From Promethearchaeota archaeon (GTDB taxonomy: Archaea; Asgardarchaeota; Lokiarchaeia; Sigyniarchaeales; SOKP01), in contig SDNY01000050.1 of NCBI GenBank assembly GCA_004524535.1, forward strand, positions 1 through 23,709: DNA of 23,709 nucleotides, read 5' to 3'. The position numbers and the translations under genes are program-made. Of this stretch, positions 1-9,680 are shown in pieces (position 1 is the stretch's first letter; each line of letters starts with the position of its first letter). The notes beneath the pieces are model-generated. The model was not told the DNA's origin. It did not search any database and saw nothing but the letters and a program-made list of their open reading frames with translations.

Positions 1-53
1 GGCATTTACAAGATAATCAGGATTCCTTAGAAGAGATATTTCTCGAAGTTTAA
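1..53 (+). CDS. 3' end of a gene running in from the left edge, possibly an ABC transporter ATP-binding protein
   Basis: Frame reads HLQDNQDSLEEIFLEV* (TAA 51-53). SLEEIF(L) is a typical C-terminal motif of ABC-2/CcmA-type ATPases. Only 16 codons are visible. Confidence 0.4.
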   Translation, partial: HLQDNQDSLEEIFLEV

Positions 54-183
54 AAAAAATTAGATATATCCAACTGTTAAGGTGAGAATAATGTCGGATT
101 AAAAAAAATAAAAAATTAAAGATAAAAAAATACTTCATTAGATACTGAATAAAAAAAAGAAAAAAGATTCAAATTTATAATTT

Positions 184-555
184 TTAGAGATTTAATCTCT
201 TTATTGTGGTGTTAATATCGGTTTTTAATTGTTCCATCATTTCCCTTACAGAATTAAAGCTTCTATTCTTTAATTTATTATATATATCATACGGATGAAA
301 TACATAGTTTCCAAATTCGTTAATCTCTAATCGAAAAATTCCCTTTTCAAACTCTAGAAAATAATTCGATCGTTTTCTTCCTTTGGTGGTTCCGCCAAAT
401 GCCTTTTTAATGGTTTTTAACTCTGGTTTAAATTGTTTTCTAATTTTGGCGATCTCTTGGTTTAAATTTTCTGCTGTAAAATATATAGAAGACAATTTAG
501 AAATATAAGAAAAATCGATAATATAAAAGATAGAATAAAAGATCCCATTAATCAT
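184..555 (-). CDS. hypothetical protein, probably 5'-truncated (real part likely about 184-485)
   Basis: The C-terminal ~95 aa look like normal protein. The first ~25 aa are I/F/Y/S-rich and antisense to the open + frame starting at 466. Confidence 0.45.
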   Translation of the reverse strand: MINGIFYSIFYIIDFSYISKLSSIYFTAENLNQEIAKIRKQFKPELKTIKKAFGGTTKGRKRSNYFLEFEKGIFRLEINEFGNYVFHPYDIYNKLKNRSFNSVREMMEQLKTDINTTIKRLNL

Positions 556-1275
556 ATATATAGTAAATTATATGAAGCGTTAAAGACCTATCAAGAGAAA
601 TACTTTTATCACGGCACAGCCCGAAGCCCTCAAGCCGAGAAATTTATAGTTTCCTTTTACAGACCTGGTTTAGGAGGGATGGGCACATCAGCTAGCATGT
701 CTAGCCAATTTAACGAACATGGAAGGTATCCTGTATTAATAAACCAAATTGAATTGGACGCTCGTCCGGGACATGAAGAAGAGTTTAAAAGAAATCTTGG
801 TGCCGTTGTAATGTATATGGTGAAACATTCAGCCACTATTGTCGTTAAGCAAGGATATCGAAATTCATTATATAACGTGCTTTATGCGGATCCTTTCTCA
901 TTTCTATTAGATAGTTATATGAAACAAGCCTTTTTTATAGATAGTAGAGGATATGGATAGATTGGAGGAAACATCGATAATAACAAAAACAATGGTTGGT
1001 ATGAGTCAGATGATTATAAGAGAATTAGTTCAGAGTACGGATATGGAGCCTTTAAACTTGATAATTTATTTCCAATATGTGATTTTATAGACGCACATGA
1101 GTTTCACAAGTGGTTTGCCGAATTCATGAATGACTTAAGAACTCAGACTCCCGCTGGAGAAGATAATATTTATCCAAGATTCCCAAGAAGATCAAATCCA
1201 TTTTTTGAGATAATATTATTAGAGCAGTTATTACTACTTTACAATTTTGAACCTAATCCTCAAGAAGGCACCTAA
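466..1275 (+). pseudogene. 5'-truncated gene with one in-frame TAG (958-960)
   Basis: The frame of ORF 679-960 is open from 466, with no start codon before 679. It stays open after TAG 958-960 (...GYG*IGGNIDNN...) to TAA at 1273-1275. Confidence 0.6.
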
Positions 1276-1331
1276 GAAGAGTGAATTTATTTTTTTAGTA
1301 TTATTAAAAAGTCTTATGAAATTTAATGAAC

Positions 1332-2537
1332 CTATTCTCTATAAAGAACATCTCTTGAGAAGCTCAGATCACCGATCTTTATTGGAGGGTTCAAGATTTT
1401 ATTTTCGCTCAAGTTAAGTGTTTTTAGCGATTTGAGGTTTTTTAAAAAGTCTGGAACATCGGTAAAGTTATTCCCTCTTAGGTTCAAGTATTCTAATGTT
1501 TTAAGGTTTCCAATAGATTCGGGTAATGATTCAAGCTTGTTATGGTGTAAATTTATACTTTTTAAAGATCTTAAAGATCCAATAGAATCAGGCAACGATT
1601 TAAGCCCATTATAGTATAAGGTTAAGCTTTTTAGTGATTTAAGGTTTCCAATAGACTCAGGCAACGATTTAAGCATATTTTGACCCAATTCCATTTCTTC
1701 AAGATGTTTTAGATTACCGATAGATTCGGGGAGCCTATCTAATCCATTATTTGCAAGATTTAACTCTTCCAAAGAGATGAGCTCTCCTATATTATTAGGT
1801 ATCTTTTCCAGAGAATTATTGCATGCATCTAAAACAATAAGCGATTTTAGATTTACGATAAATTCTGGGAGTTCGGTTATCCTATGTCCTGCTATCCGCA
1901 ATTTTTTAAGGTTTAAACAATATTTAATGATTTCCGGCACTTTCTTTAACATTTTCTCTTCCACTCCATTTTCATCCGATAAATCAAGTTCTGTTATATC
2001 TAAAATGGCTCTGTCTAAATTCTCTTCCTCCATAGTATGAATAATAGTTTCAACTTCATCATTACTCAGAAAATTTAGATATCCATTTTTAATCAAATAA
2101 ATTATTACAGGTTTATAACCTGTTGAAAATCTTTTTGCGATCTCTTCTTTAAAGATTTTCATTGCTAAGGGATCTCCAACTTCAGTCAACTTTTTAAGCA
2201 ACGGAAATGCCAGATTCGAGTGGATTAATCTTGTATCATAGGCGTTTTCTACCCATACTTGCAAGTTTGAACAATGAACCCAAAATCGAGTTTCATCAGG
2301 AATAGCAAGCAATTTTGTGTTCTTTCTTGTAGCATGTTCTAAATTCTCTGCCATTTCATCAACAGAATCAATATTTTCAATGAAGTCTTCTAATTCATTG
2401 ATCGTTTTTCTCAACAACACATAAAGGCATTGGATAAAATATTCATAATCCCCTTTTTTAGGATTATAGACATAGATTTTAGTTTTACCATTTTCCAATT
2501 TTAGCGTAATATACTCATTTACCTTGAATTTTCTCAT
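1332..2537 (-). CDS. leucine-rich repeat protein with Lokiarchaeia-type N-terminal domain
   Basis: About 8 LRRs of 23 aa (LxxLxLxxNxLxxLPESIGNLxx). The N-terminal block FKVNEYITLKLE...FWVHCSNLQVWVENAYDTRLIHSNLAFPLLKKL...GDP...FKEEIAKR is typical of the expanded Loki LRR family. Confidence 0.9.
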   Translation of the reverse strand: MRKFKVNEYITLKLENGKTKIYVYNPKKGDYEYFIQCLYVLLRKTINELEDFIENIDSVDEMAENLEHATRKNTKLLAIPDETRFWVHCSNLQVWVENAYDTRLIHSNLAFPLLKKLTEVGDPLAMKIFKEEIAKRFSTGYKPVIIYLIKNGYLNFLSNDEVETIIHTMEEENLDRAILDITELDLSDENGVEEKMLKKVPEIIKYCLNLKKLRIAGHRITELPEFIVNLKSLIVLDACNNSLEKIPNNIGELISLEELNLANNGLDRLPESIGNLKHLEEMELGQNMLKSLPESIGNLKSLKSLTLYYNGLKSLPDSIGSLRSLKSINLHHNKLESLPESIGNLKTLEYLNLRGNNFTDVPDFLKNLKSLKTLNLSENKILNPPIKIGDLSFSRDVLYRE

Positions 2538-2675
2538 TATTAAAAAGTTAAATTATTTACTTTCTCTATGATGTAATTAAAATTTAGAAATTTAAATTTA
2601 ATCTCTCTTAGAATTTACTATACCTTTAAAACTTTAATTACTTTTAGGTTATCAACAGAGTTAAATAAATAAGTT

Positions 2676-2984
2676 TTAATAAAAAACATAAGTAAGAAAA
2701 TAATTAAGAATAAAGAATGACAAGAATATTAAATAGATTATTACAATCACTTGTCTCCGTTTATTTGGTTTATTAGATCCTTTTGACTTCTTTTGAGAAT
2801 TGATAACAAATAAATTGCTCTGCGTCCCATATTGAATATATTGGTTTACGAAAAGAGACCCAGCTTGGGGGTACCCTTCACTCCTTTCTGTCCCCCCAAT
2901 AGAATCTAATTCCTTTCCACAATTTTCACAGAAGCGTTGATCTGATTCCCTAACCTCAGAACCACACTCACAACAACAATTCAA
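2676..2984 (-). CDS. zinc-ribbon protein with C-terminal transmembrane helix
   Basis: CCECG...FCENCG ribbon, basic linker, hydrophobic C-terminal stretch; TTG start preceded by SD-like GAGGT. Confidence 0.75.
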   Translation of the reverse strand: MNCCCECGSEVRESDQRFCENCGKELDSIGGTERSEGYPQAGSLFVNQYIQYGTQSNLFVINSQKKSKGSNKPNKRRQVIVIIYLIFLSFFILNYFLTYVFY

Positions 2985-3213
2985 TTTAAACTACCTCGAA
3001 AAACATCCATAAAATAAATTATTTTCTCTATTTTTATATGGTAATTTATTTTAATAGACTTCACGAAAAAAGTCCTTTAAGAAATTAAAGAAGTTCATTG
3101 ATAATACATTTTTGTATAAAGAATTAAAATTACAAAGACTCAGGAAGAATAAAATAAAAAGATTATAGGAATAATAACAACCTCAAAGATGTTTAGACAT
3201 AGATTTGAAAGAT

Positions 3214-3287
3214 CAAGCCTTATCCAGCAGTCAATAATTAAAAACCATTTCAAGCCTTATCCGGCAGTCAATAATTAAAAACCATTT
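3214..3287. repeat. tandem duplication, 2 x 37 bp
   Basis: caagccttatcc(a/g)gcagtcaataattaaaaaccattt at 3214-3250 and 3251-3287; one mismatch, no spacer. Confidence 0.9.
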
Positions 3288-3322
3288 AATATCAATTTTT
3301 AATAAACAGGAGAGTAAAAATA

Positions 3323-3490
3323 ATGGTATCAAAAACTAAAGTAAATGTTAAAGACTTGAAATATTTTTTAAAAGAAGCCTACGAGAACGAAACAATTACT
3401 TGCCCCAAATGTTATAACCTAATAGAGCCCGACGCAGAGCAATGTTCTTATGGCTGGAAAAACCCTTTAAGGCAGTTTGGCTTAATATAA
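3323..3490 (+). CDS. small 55-aa zinc-ribbon-like protein (not in ORF track)
   Basis: MVSKTKVNVKDLKYFLKEAYENETITCPKCYNLIEPDAEQCSYGWKNPLRQFGLI*; GGAG SD-like element at about 3309-3312; followed by T-rich tracts. Confidence 0.65.
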   Translation: MVSKTKVNVKDLKYFLKEAYENETITCPKCYNLIEPDAEQCSYGWKNPLRQFGLI

Positions 3491-3963
3491 TTATATCTTT
3501 TTATTTTTTATCTTTTTTTTTGAATGTATATAAATATTTATAGTAAAATATATTTTCAGAGAATTATGAATGAAAATCAAATTAAAGAAAAATTGTTGGA
3601 ATTGATTCATTCCAAAACAGGTTGGGGAAATCTATTAAATTTTTTTATAATCTTAAAATGAGTTAGATAAAAAAATTATTCTTTTTTTCTTTCTTTGGTT
3701 TTTTAATTCTTTTCTTTTTTTTTGTTTTTTAAAGAGGAAAACAAAGATATCTAATTCAGTTTTCAAATTCTTTCTTTATTCGATCAAATATATCCATTAT
3801 ACATAGATTTTTTTATATTTAATGATTTGTTAAAATTAGTCAAAAAATCTATTAAAGAACAAAATAAATCTTAATTTCTGTTAATTTGAGAGTAAGATCA
3901 AAAATTTCATCATTTTTTTTATGAAAAATCTAAATTTAAAAAATTCTAATTAAAGTGAATTAA

Positions 3964-6303
3964 ATGACAAGGAATGAATCGGAGGAGGAATTAAAAGGAT
4001 TTAAAAAAAAATATGAAAGAATCATTAAACATTTGGATATTGGTTATTTTAAATCTGATGCTAATGGAAAGATATTAGATCATAATCCTAGCTTTAGTAA
4101 AATATTTGGTTACGAACCTAATGAGAGTTTAATAGGTTTTTCAGCTACAGATTTATGGGCTAAACCTGAAGATTTCAATACTTATCTAAAGGAAATAACT
4201 GAAAAAGGAAGATTAGGAAGTTATATACACAAAGCAAGAAAGAAAAATGGAGAGATTATTGTTTTGCACTCCCATTCACATGTATATAAAAATAAAGAAA
4301 AAAATACATTTGAAGCAGAAGGTACTATTTTCGATATATCTGAGAAATATTTTTTAGAGCAAAAATTAAAAGAATCGGAAAAAAATTATAGAAATATTAT
4401 AGAAAATGCTCAAGATGCTATAGTTATATTTGGACTTGATGGAAATCTTAGATATATTTCTCCTCAATTAAGTAAGATGTTAGGAAGAGAAATAGAACTT
4501 GGAACTAGAGCTTTTGATGGGATCCATCCAGATGACCAAAAAGTTTTAGTTGAAGCTTTTAAAAAAGCCGTTAGAGAAAAAGGGACCTATACAAATGAGG
4601 AATTCGAATTTAGAGCTATTCATAACGATGGCCATTATATTTGGTTATCAAGTTTGACGAAAAATTATTATGATGATGAGGGAAATCTGGATGGGTTTAT
4701 CGCATTATTAAAAGATATTGCAGACAAAAAAGAAACACAGAGAAAATTATTGGAATCCGAACAAAAATATAGAAATATTATTGAAAATACTAAAGATGCA
4801 ATTGTCATAATAGGGTTTGACGGTAAGTTTAAATACATTTCTCCTCAATTATCCAAAATAGTGGGCAGAGAAGTCAATCTCGAAACTACATTATTCTCTG
4901 ATATCCATCCAGATGATCTCGATTATTTGAAAGATATTGTTTTTACTTCTATTAGAAACAAAAATGTTAGTATTAAAGATGATATTGAAGTCCGAGTGCG
5001 ACATAACGAGGGATATTATATATGGTTGTCTAGCTCTTCGAAAAATTATTATGATGAAAATGGAAATGTAATAGGGTTCATTACATTATTAAGGGATGTT
5101 ACTGATAAAAAAGAAGCTGAACAAAAATTAAGAGAATCTGAAAAAAAATATAGAGAAATCCTCGATAATCTAGAACAAGGCTATTATGAGGTAGATCATA
5201 AGGGAATTTATACATTAGCAAATGAATATTTTGCTAAATTTAACGGAACTACACCAGATGAGATGATTGGAACGAGTTATAAAAAATACATAGATAAGGA
5301 CGCAGATAATGCTTTATTTAAGGTATATAATCAAATTTATAGAGAAGACATTCCAAAAATGACGCGACAGTTTGAAATTACAGATCGGGATGGATTAAAA
5401 CGCGCTTTTGAATTAATAATTTATTTAAAACGCGATTCGAATGGTAAAAAAATTGGTTTTTATGGTACATTGTATGATATTTCAGAACGAAAAAAATGGG
5501 AGCGAAAATTAGAAGAATCCGAAGAAGAATTAATACTATTAAATAAAGAATTAGAAAAAAAGGTTAAGGAAAGAACCAGAGAGTTAGAAGAGAAGAATCT
5601 TCAATTAAAGAAATTAGATAAAGCAAAAGATGATTTTATTACAATGGCAGCTCATGAATTAAAGACACCTCTAATATCTATTGCGGGGTATACAGATTAT
5701 ATCTTAACTACTCATATAGACGATCTAAATGTTGAGATTAAAAACGATTTATTAATAGTGCAACGAAATATAAAACGTTTACAGACTTTTATGAATCAAT
5801 TATTAGATATTATGAAAATCGAATCCCATAAAATAGAGTTAAAGTTAGAACGAACGAATATTAGTAATATTATATATGCATGTTTACATGAATTAAATTA
5901 TCTATTTAAAGAAAAAAATCATGAAATGATTTTAAATATAGATAATGAGATATTTTTAAATGTAGATTCTAACCGAATTTTTCAAGTCTTTTCCAATTTA
6001 CTATCTAATGCTATTAAATTTACGCAGAAGAATGGTAGAGTCGCAATAAAAGCAAAAAAAGAAGAAATGCATTATCTTTTTGAGGTTAAAGATAATGGTA
6101 TTGGCTTACCTGAGGAAGATCTTGAACGTATCTTTAAAAAATTTGAAAGGATTGAACAAATGAGTGAAACCTATGATCAAACTGGTACCGGAATCGGATT
6201 ATACATATCTAAAGGATTCATCGAAGCTCATGGAGGAAAAATGTGGGCGACTTCTGAAGGTTTAAATAAAGGAACATCGATTTATTTCACGATTCCTATT
6301 TAA
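3964..6303 (+). CDS. cytoplasmic PAS-domain (x4) sensor histidine kinase
   Basis: Four PAS/PAC units (ESEKxYRxII...D(I/V)xxxK), coiled coil, H-box AAHELKTPL, N-box NLLSNAIKFT, G1 DNGIG, G2 GTGIGL; no TM segment. Confidence 0.95.
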   Translation: MTRNESEEELKGFKKKYERIIKHLDIGYFKSDANGKILDHNPSFSKIFGYEPNESLIGFSATDLWAKPEDFNTYLKEITEKGRLGSYIHKARKKNGEIIVLHSHSHVYKNKEKNTFEAEGTIFDISEKYFLEQKLKESEKNYRNIIENAQDAIVIFGLDGNLRYISPQLSKMLGREIELGTRAFDGIHPDDQKVLVEAFKKAVREKGTYTNEEFEFRAIHNDGHYIWLSSLTKNYYDDEGNLDGFIALLKDIADKKETQRKLLESEQKYRNIIENTKDAIVIIGFDGKFKYISPQLSKIVGREVNLETTLFSDIHPDDLDYLKDIVFTSIRNKNVSIKDDIEVRVRHNEGYYIWLSSSSKNYYDENGNVIGFITLLRDVTDKKEAEQKLRESEKKYREILDNLEQGYYEVDHKGIYTLANEYFAKFNGTTPDEMIGTSYKKYIDKDADNALFKVYNQIYREDIPKMTRQFEITDRDGLKRAFELIIYLKRDSNGKKIGFYGTLYDISERKKWERKLEESEEELILLNKELEKKVKERTRELEEKNLQLKKLDKAKDDFITMAAHELKTPLISIAGYTDYILTTHIDDLNVEIKNDLLIVQRNIKRLQTFMNQLLDIMKIESHKIELKLERTNISNIIYACLHELNYLFKEKNHEMILNIDNEIFLNVDSNRIFQVFSNLLSNAIKFTQKNGRVAIKAKKEEMHYLFEVKDNGIGLPEEDLERIFKKFERIEQMSETYDQTGTGIGLYISKGFIEAHGGKMWATSEGLNKGTSIYFTIPI

Positions 6304-6441
6304 TTGAAAGTTTGAAATATATATTCGAATTTTTTAATTGTAAATTAGCTATCTCTTAGCCCTTAATTTAATTTTCATTTATATATTAAATGATTGATTA
6401 TTAAAATATAAAGTAAAAAATTCTTAATTAAAAATTAATAA

Positions 6442-8625
6442 ATGTCAACATTAATAATAGCTGAAAAAAATAAAGCTGCTTTAGCAATCGCAGAAGCGCT
6501 TGGTACAGTTAAAGCAATAAAAAAATCAAAAGGTATTTCAATTTATTATGTTCCTTCAAAAAATATTTATGTTGTACCTCTAAGAGGACATATTCTCGAA
6601 CATAGAAATACGGATGAATATAAAAGTTGGATTAACTCAGTTCCTCGTGAAATTATTACTAATCCCAATTCTATTAAAAAATATCCAAAAAATTACGCCG
6701 GACCATACATTAATGCATTGATAGAATATGGAAAACAGTGTGACGAGATTATAATAGCAACGGATGCGGACATTGAGGGGTGTAATATTGGTTTCTTTGA
6801 TGCACTTCCTTTTGTTAAAAAAGTTAATTCAAATACCAAGATTTCTCAATTATGGCTGAGTTCTTTACAAAAGAATGAGATTCAAAGAAAATTCAATAAT
6901 TTGATCCAACCTAAGTTTAGTTGGGGAGAAGCTGGAGAAGCACGAGCTATAATTGATGCCGTTATTGGTTTTTCTGCCACAAGAGAGGTAACTAATACTT
7001 TAAGACCTATTCTAAAGAAATTTAAAGTCGGATTTACCTCAATAGGTAGAGTACAATCCTCAGCTTTATATTTACTTTATATCAGAGAAAAAGAAATTAT
7101 GGATTTTTTACCAGAGAAATATTTTACAATCGATGCAATTTTAATCGCTGAAAAATCCACATTTAAAGCATATCATAAGAATAATCCCTTTAAGAAGGAG
7201 AATATGGATAAAGCTAAGCATATTTATAGTAAAATTAAGGATGAGAAAATAACGGTCATTAAGAATTACAACCAGAATCTAGTTCAAAGAAAGCCACCAA
7301 CTCCATTGAATACAAATAAAGCACTTATCTTACTTACGAAAAATTTGAACATTAATGCTAATACTGCTTTAAATATTATGAATCAACTATATCTCAATAA
7401 AATTATAACATATCCTCGAACAGATAGCGATGTGTATAAACCAGACTTTCCACATAAAGATTTAATTGATTTATTCAAAACTCACTCTGATTATGGGGTA
7501 TACACTAAAGGTTTGATCAGTAATAACCGATTTACTCCAACTAAAGGGAAAAAGGATGCAGGAGATCACCCCCCTATTTCTCCCTTGATAAGTCTAGAAT
7601 TAGAGAGTAATGAGCTCAAAGATGATCTTCAAAAAAAAGTATATGATCTATTAGCAAGACATTATCTTTCTTTATTTGGAGAGAATGCTACTGAATCTAA
7701 GCAAGATTTAGATTTATTAATAAAAGATGAACCATTTAAAGCACAAATTGTTTCATTAGTAGATCCTGGCTTTTTAATAATCGCACCATTTTTAAAACCT
7801 AAATATGATACAGAAATACAAATTAGTGGAGATAAAATCCCAATAGAAAATATTGAACTTAATGAAAAAGAAACTAAGCCTCCTCCACATTATACAGATA
7901 CCACGCTTCTTAAATTAATGGAAAAAAATGGACTGGGAACAAAATCAACCAGACCAGCCATAATAGAGATTATGAAAAAAAGAAAAGTCATTGATAGAAA
8001 GAATGGAAGGTATTTCATCTCAAGTCTCGGCATCTTTCTAATTGAAAATCTTATTAAAGTCTGGTTGCCGTTTTTGAAACCTACATTCACTCATGATGTG
8101 GAAACTCAACTTGAAATGATAAAAGATGAAAAACTTGGAATGAACGTAGTTATTGACAAAGTGAAAAAAGATTTCTTAATGTTGTTTGATAAATTTCTTG
8201 CTAACAAGGAAAAATTAATTGCGAATGCTAAAGAATATGAAAATGAAGTCAAAGATGTGGGAGTAGATCTTAAAGAAAGAAAAGCATCTCCATTAACAAC
8301 AGCTAATTGTCCCTTCTGTAAAAAAGCCCCGATGAAACTCATTACTCCATATAAAAAAAGAAGATTCTTAGTATGTACAAATGAGAAATGTAGTAAGAAG
8401 TATCTAGCTGTTCCCGCAAAGGGAAAAATACAAATTTTAGACTCCACATGTAAAATTTGCGGTTTTAATATTTTTAAAATTGGAACTTATAAGAATAATA
8501 AGTATTTCAATTATTTTATATGTCCCAAATGTTGGACTGAAGGTTTGGAAACTAAATCAGGAAAAGGATTTTGTTCAAATTGCGATAATTATAAAATCGT
8601 AAAAAATCAATGTGTGAAAAAATAG
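6442..8625 (+). CDS. topA: DNA topoisomerase type IA (archaeal TopA/TopoIII-like) with C-terminal Zn ribbons
   Basis: TOPRIM IIAEK and ATDADIEG, SIGRVQS, catalytic ITYPRTDS, GLGTKSTR; C-terminal CPFC, CKIC, CPKC and CSNC motifs. Confidence 0.95.
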   Translation: MSTLIIAEKNKAALAIAEALGTVKAIKKSKGISIYYVPSKNIYVVPLRGHILEHRNTDEYKSWINSVPREIITNPNSIKKYPKNYAGPYINALIEYGKQCDEIIIATDADIEGCNIGFFDALPFVKKVNSNTKISQLWLSSLQKNEIQRKFNNLIQPKFSWGEAGEARAIIDAVIGFSATREVTNTLRPILKKFKVGFTSIGRVQSSALYLLYIREKEIMDFLPEKYFTIDAILIAEKSTFKAYHKNNPFKKENMDKAKHIYSKIKDEKITVIKNYNQNLVQRKPPTPLNTNKALILLTKNLNINANTALNIMNQLYLNKIITYPRTDSDVYKPDFPHKDLIDLFKTHSDYGVYTKGLISNNRFTPTKGKKDAGDHPPISPLISLELESNELKDDLQKKVYDLLARHYLSLFGENATESKQDLDLLIKDEPFKAQIVSLVDPGFLIIAPFLKPKYDTEIQISGDKIPIENIELNEKETKPPPHYTDTTLLKLMEKNGLGTKSTRPAIIEIMKKRKVIDRKNGRYFISSLGIFLIENLIKVWLPFLKPTFTHDVETQLEMIKDEKLGMNVVIDKVKKDFLMLFDKFLANKEKLIANAKEYENEVKDVGVDLKERKASPLTTANCPFCKKAPMKLITPYKKRRFLVCTNEKCSKKYLAVPAKGKIQILDSTCKICGFNIFKIGTYKNNKYFNYFICPKCWTEGLETKSGKGFCSNCDNYKIVKNQCVKK

Positions 8626-8663
8626 ATTGGGATAGCTATTTTCTTATAAACCGATATTTAGTA
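8341..8663. repeat. direct repeat copy 1 (323 bp): topA 3' end, intergenic spacer and last codons of the convergent gene
   Basis: Aligns without gaps to 9681-10003 with 14 mismatches (hand count). Confidence 0.95.
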
Positions 8664-8747
8664 AGATAGACCAAAAGATATTAAGCAATAAGAAATTTTT
8701 TTCAAGAAAATGGAAAGTATTTATTTTAAATCTCAAATCTTAAATAT

Positions 8748-9332
8748 TTATGACTTTTCTATTGGATTGTCCCAATTCCTCCCATTTATAAAAAAATAAA
8801 TTTCCAAGTCTTTACGATGGGACTGTAGTTCCTTGAGCTGTGAAATTGAAAGATTATTATAACTTAAAATTACGATTTTTAAATTAGGCAGTTCATAAAG
8901 ATATTCAATATTTTTTATCTTATTCATACTCAAATTCAACCTTACTAATTTATTAAGAGCCTTCAGACCTTTGATTTCATTTATTTGATTACAACTTAAC
9001 TCTAATTCTCGCAAATTAATTAATGAATCTAGACCTTTTATCTCGGTAATTTTATTGCTATTAAGGCATAATACTTTAAGATTAACAAGGTTCTCAAGAC
9101 CCTCTATTTCAGCAATTTTATTGGAATCTAAAAATAATTCTTCCAGATTAAGTAAATTGTCGAGACCATGAATCTTTTTAAAGCTATTACCGCCTAATTC
9201 TAATCTTTTAAGCGATTTTAAATTATCTAAATCCTTTATTTCACTAATATCGGAAATGAACAAATTATTTACCTCTAAACATTTGTAAGACCCTTTGACA
9301 TAAAATTTCTTACCTTTGAATGATACTGACAT
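8748..9332 (-). CDS. leucine-rich repeat protein (SDS22/internalin-like 22-aa repeats)
   Basis: Repeats of LxxLxLxxNKIxEIxGLxxLxN. Confidence 0.9.
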   Translation of the reverse strand: MSVSFKGKKFYVKGSYKCLEVNNLFISDISEIKDLDNLKSLKRLELGGNSFKKIHGLDNLLNLEELFLDSNKIAEIEGLENLVNLKVLCLNSNKITEIKGLDSLINLRELELSCNQINEIKGLKALNKLVRLNLSMNKIKNIEYLYELPNLKIVILSYNNLSISQLKELQSHRKDLEIYFFINGRNWDNPIEKS

Positions 9333-9382
9333 TTTATCTCTGAAAAATATATATTTTTATTTATTTATATCTGCCTATTTAT

Positions 9383-9680
9383 TTAAAGTAAATCTAAATA
9401 ATTTAATTCTCCCGAAGTAGTCTGCGAAGGTCTTTTTCTCCTTAGACTATGTTCATAACTATTCATCATTGCGTCAAATATTTGAGGATCGATATGAATA
9501 GAATACATACCTTTAGTCTCACACATTTTACCAAGGACCTCCATTACCGTTCCGGGTTCAACTAACGTTCTTACTTTGCCTTTTAATCCAAAAAGCTCTT
9601 TTATCTCATATAAATACGCTTCATTTGAGCTAAAAAACTCCCCATAATTATGTCCCTTATATTTTCCTGAATAGGAAAAT
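9383..9680 (-). pseudogene. 5'-truncated gene fragment, possibly a LAGLIDADG-like homing endonuclease remnant
   Basis: The first ~35 aa of ORF 9383-9787 are just the antisense of the duplicated topA tail. The rest (GEFFSSNEAYLYEIKELFGLKGKVR...MYSIHI) resembles the strand-helix-strand pattern that follows a LAGLIDADG helix. The motif helix itself is absent. Confidence 0.4.

Noticed and set aside
958-960. Genome-wide TAG recoding
   Set aside because: TAG terminates topA (8623-8625) and other genes at plausible ends; only one internal TAG was seen.
1432-2040. ORFs 1432-1614 and 1777-2040 (+)
   Set aside because: Antisense to the LRR gene, with no independent features.
3214-3287. CRISPR array (37-bp repeat)
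   Set aside because: Only two directly abutting copies, no spacer, no cas genes.
7890-8447. ORFs 7890-8090 and 8106-8447 (-)
   Set aside because: Antisense shadows of topA. The similarity of 8106-8447 to ORF 9383-9787 only reflects the DNA duplication.
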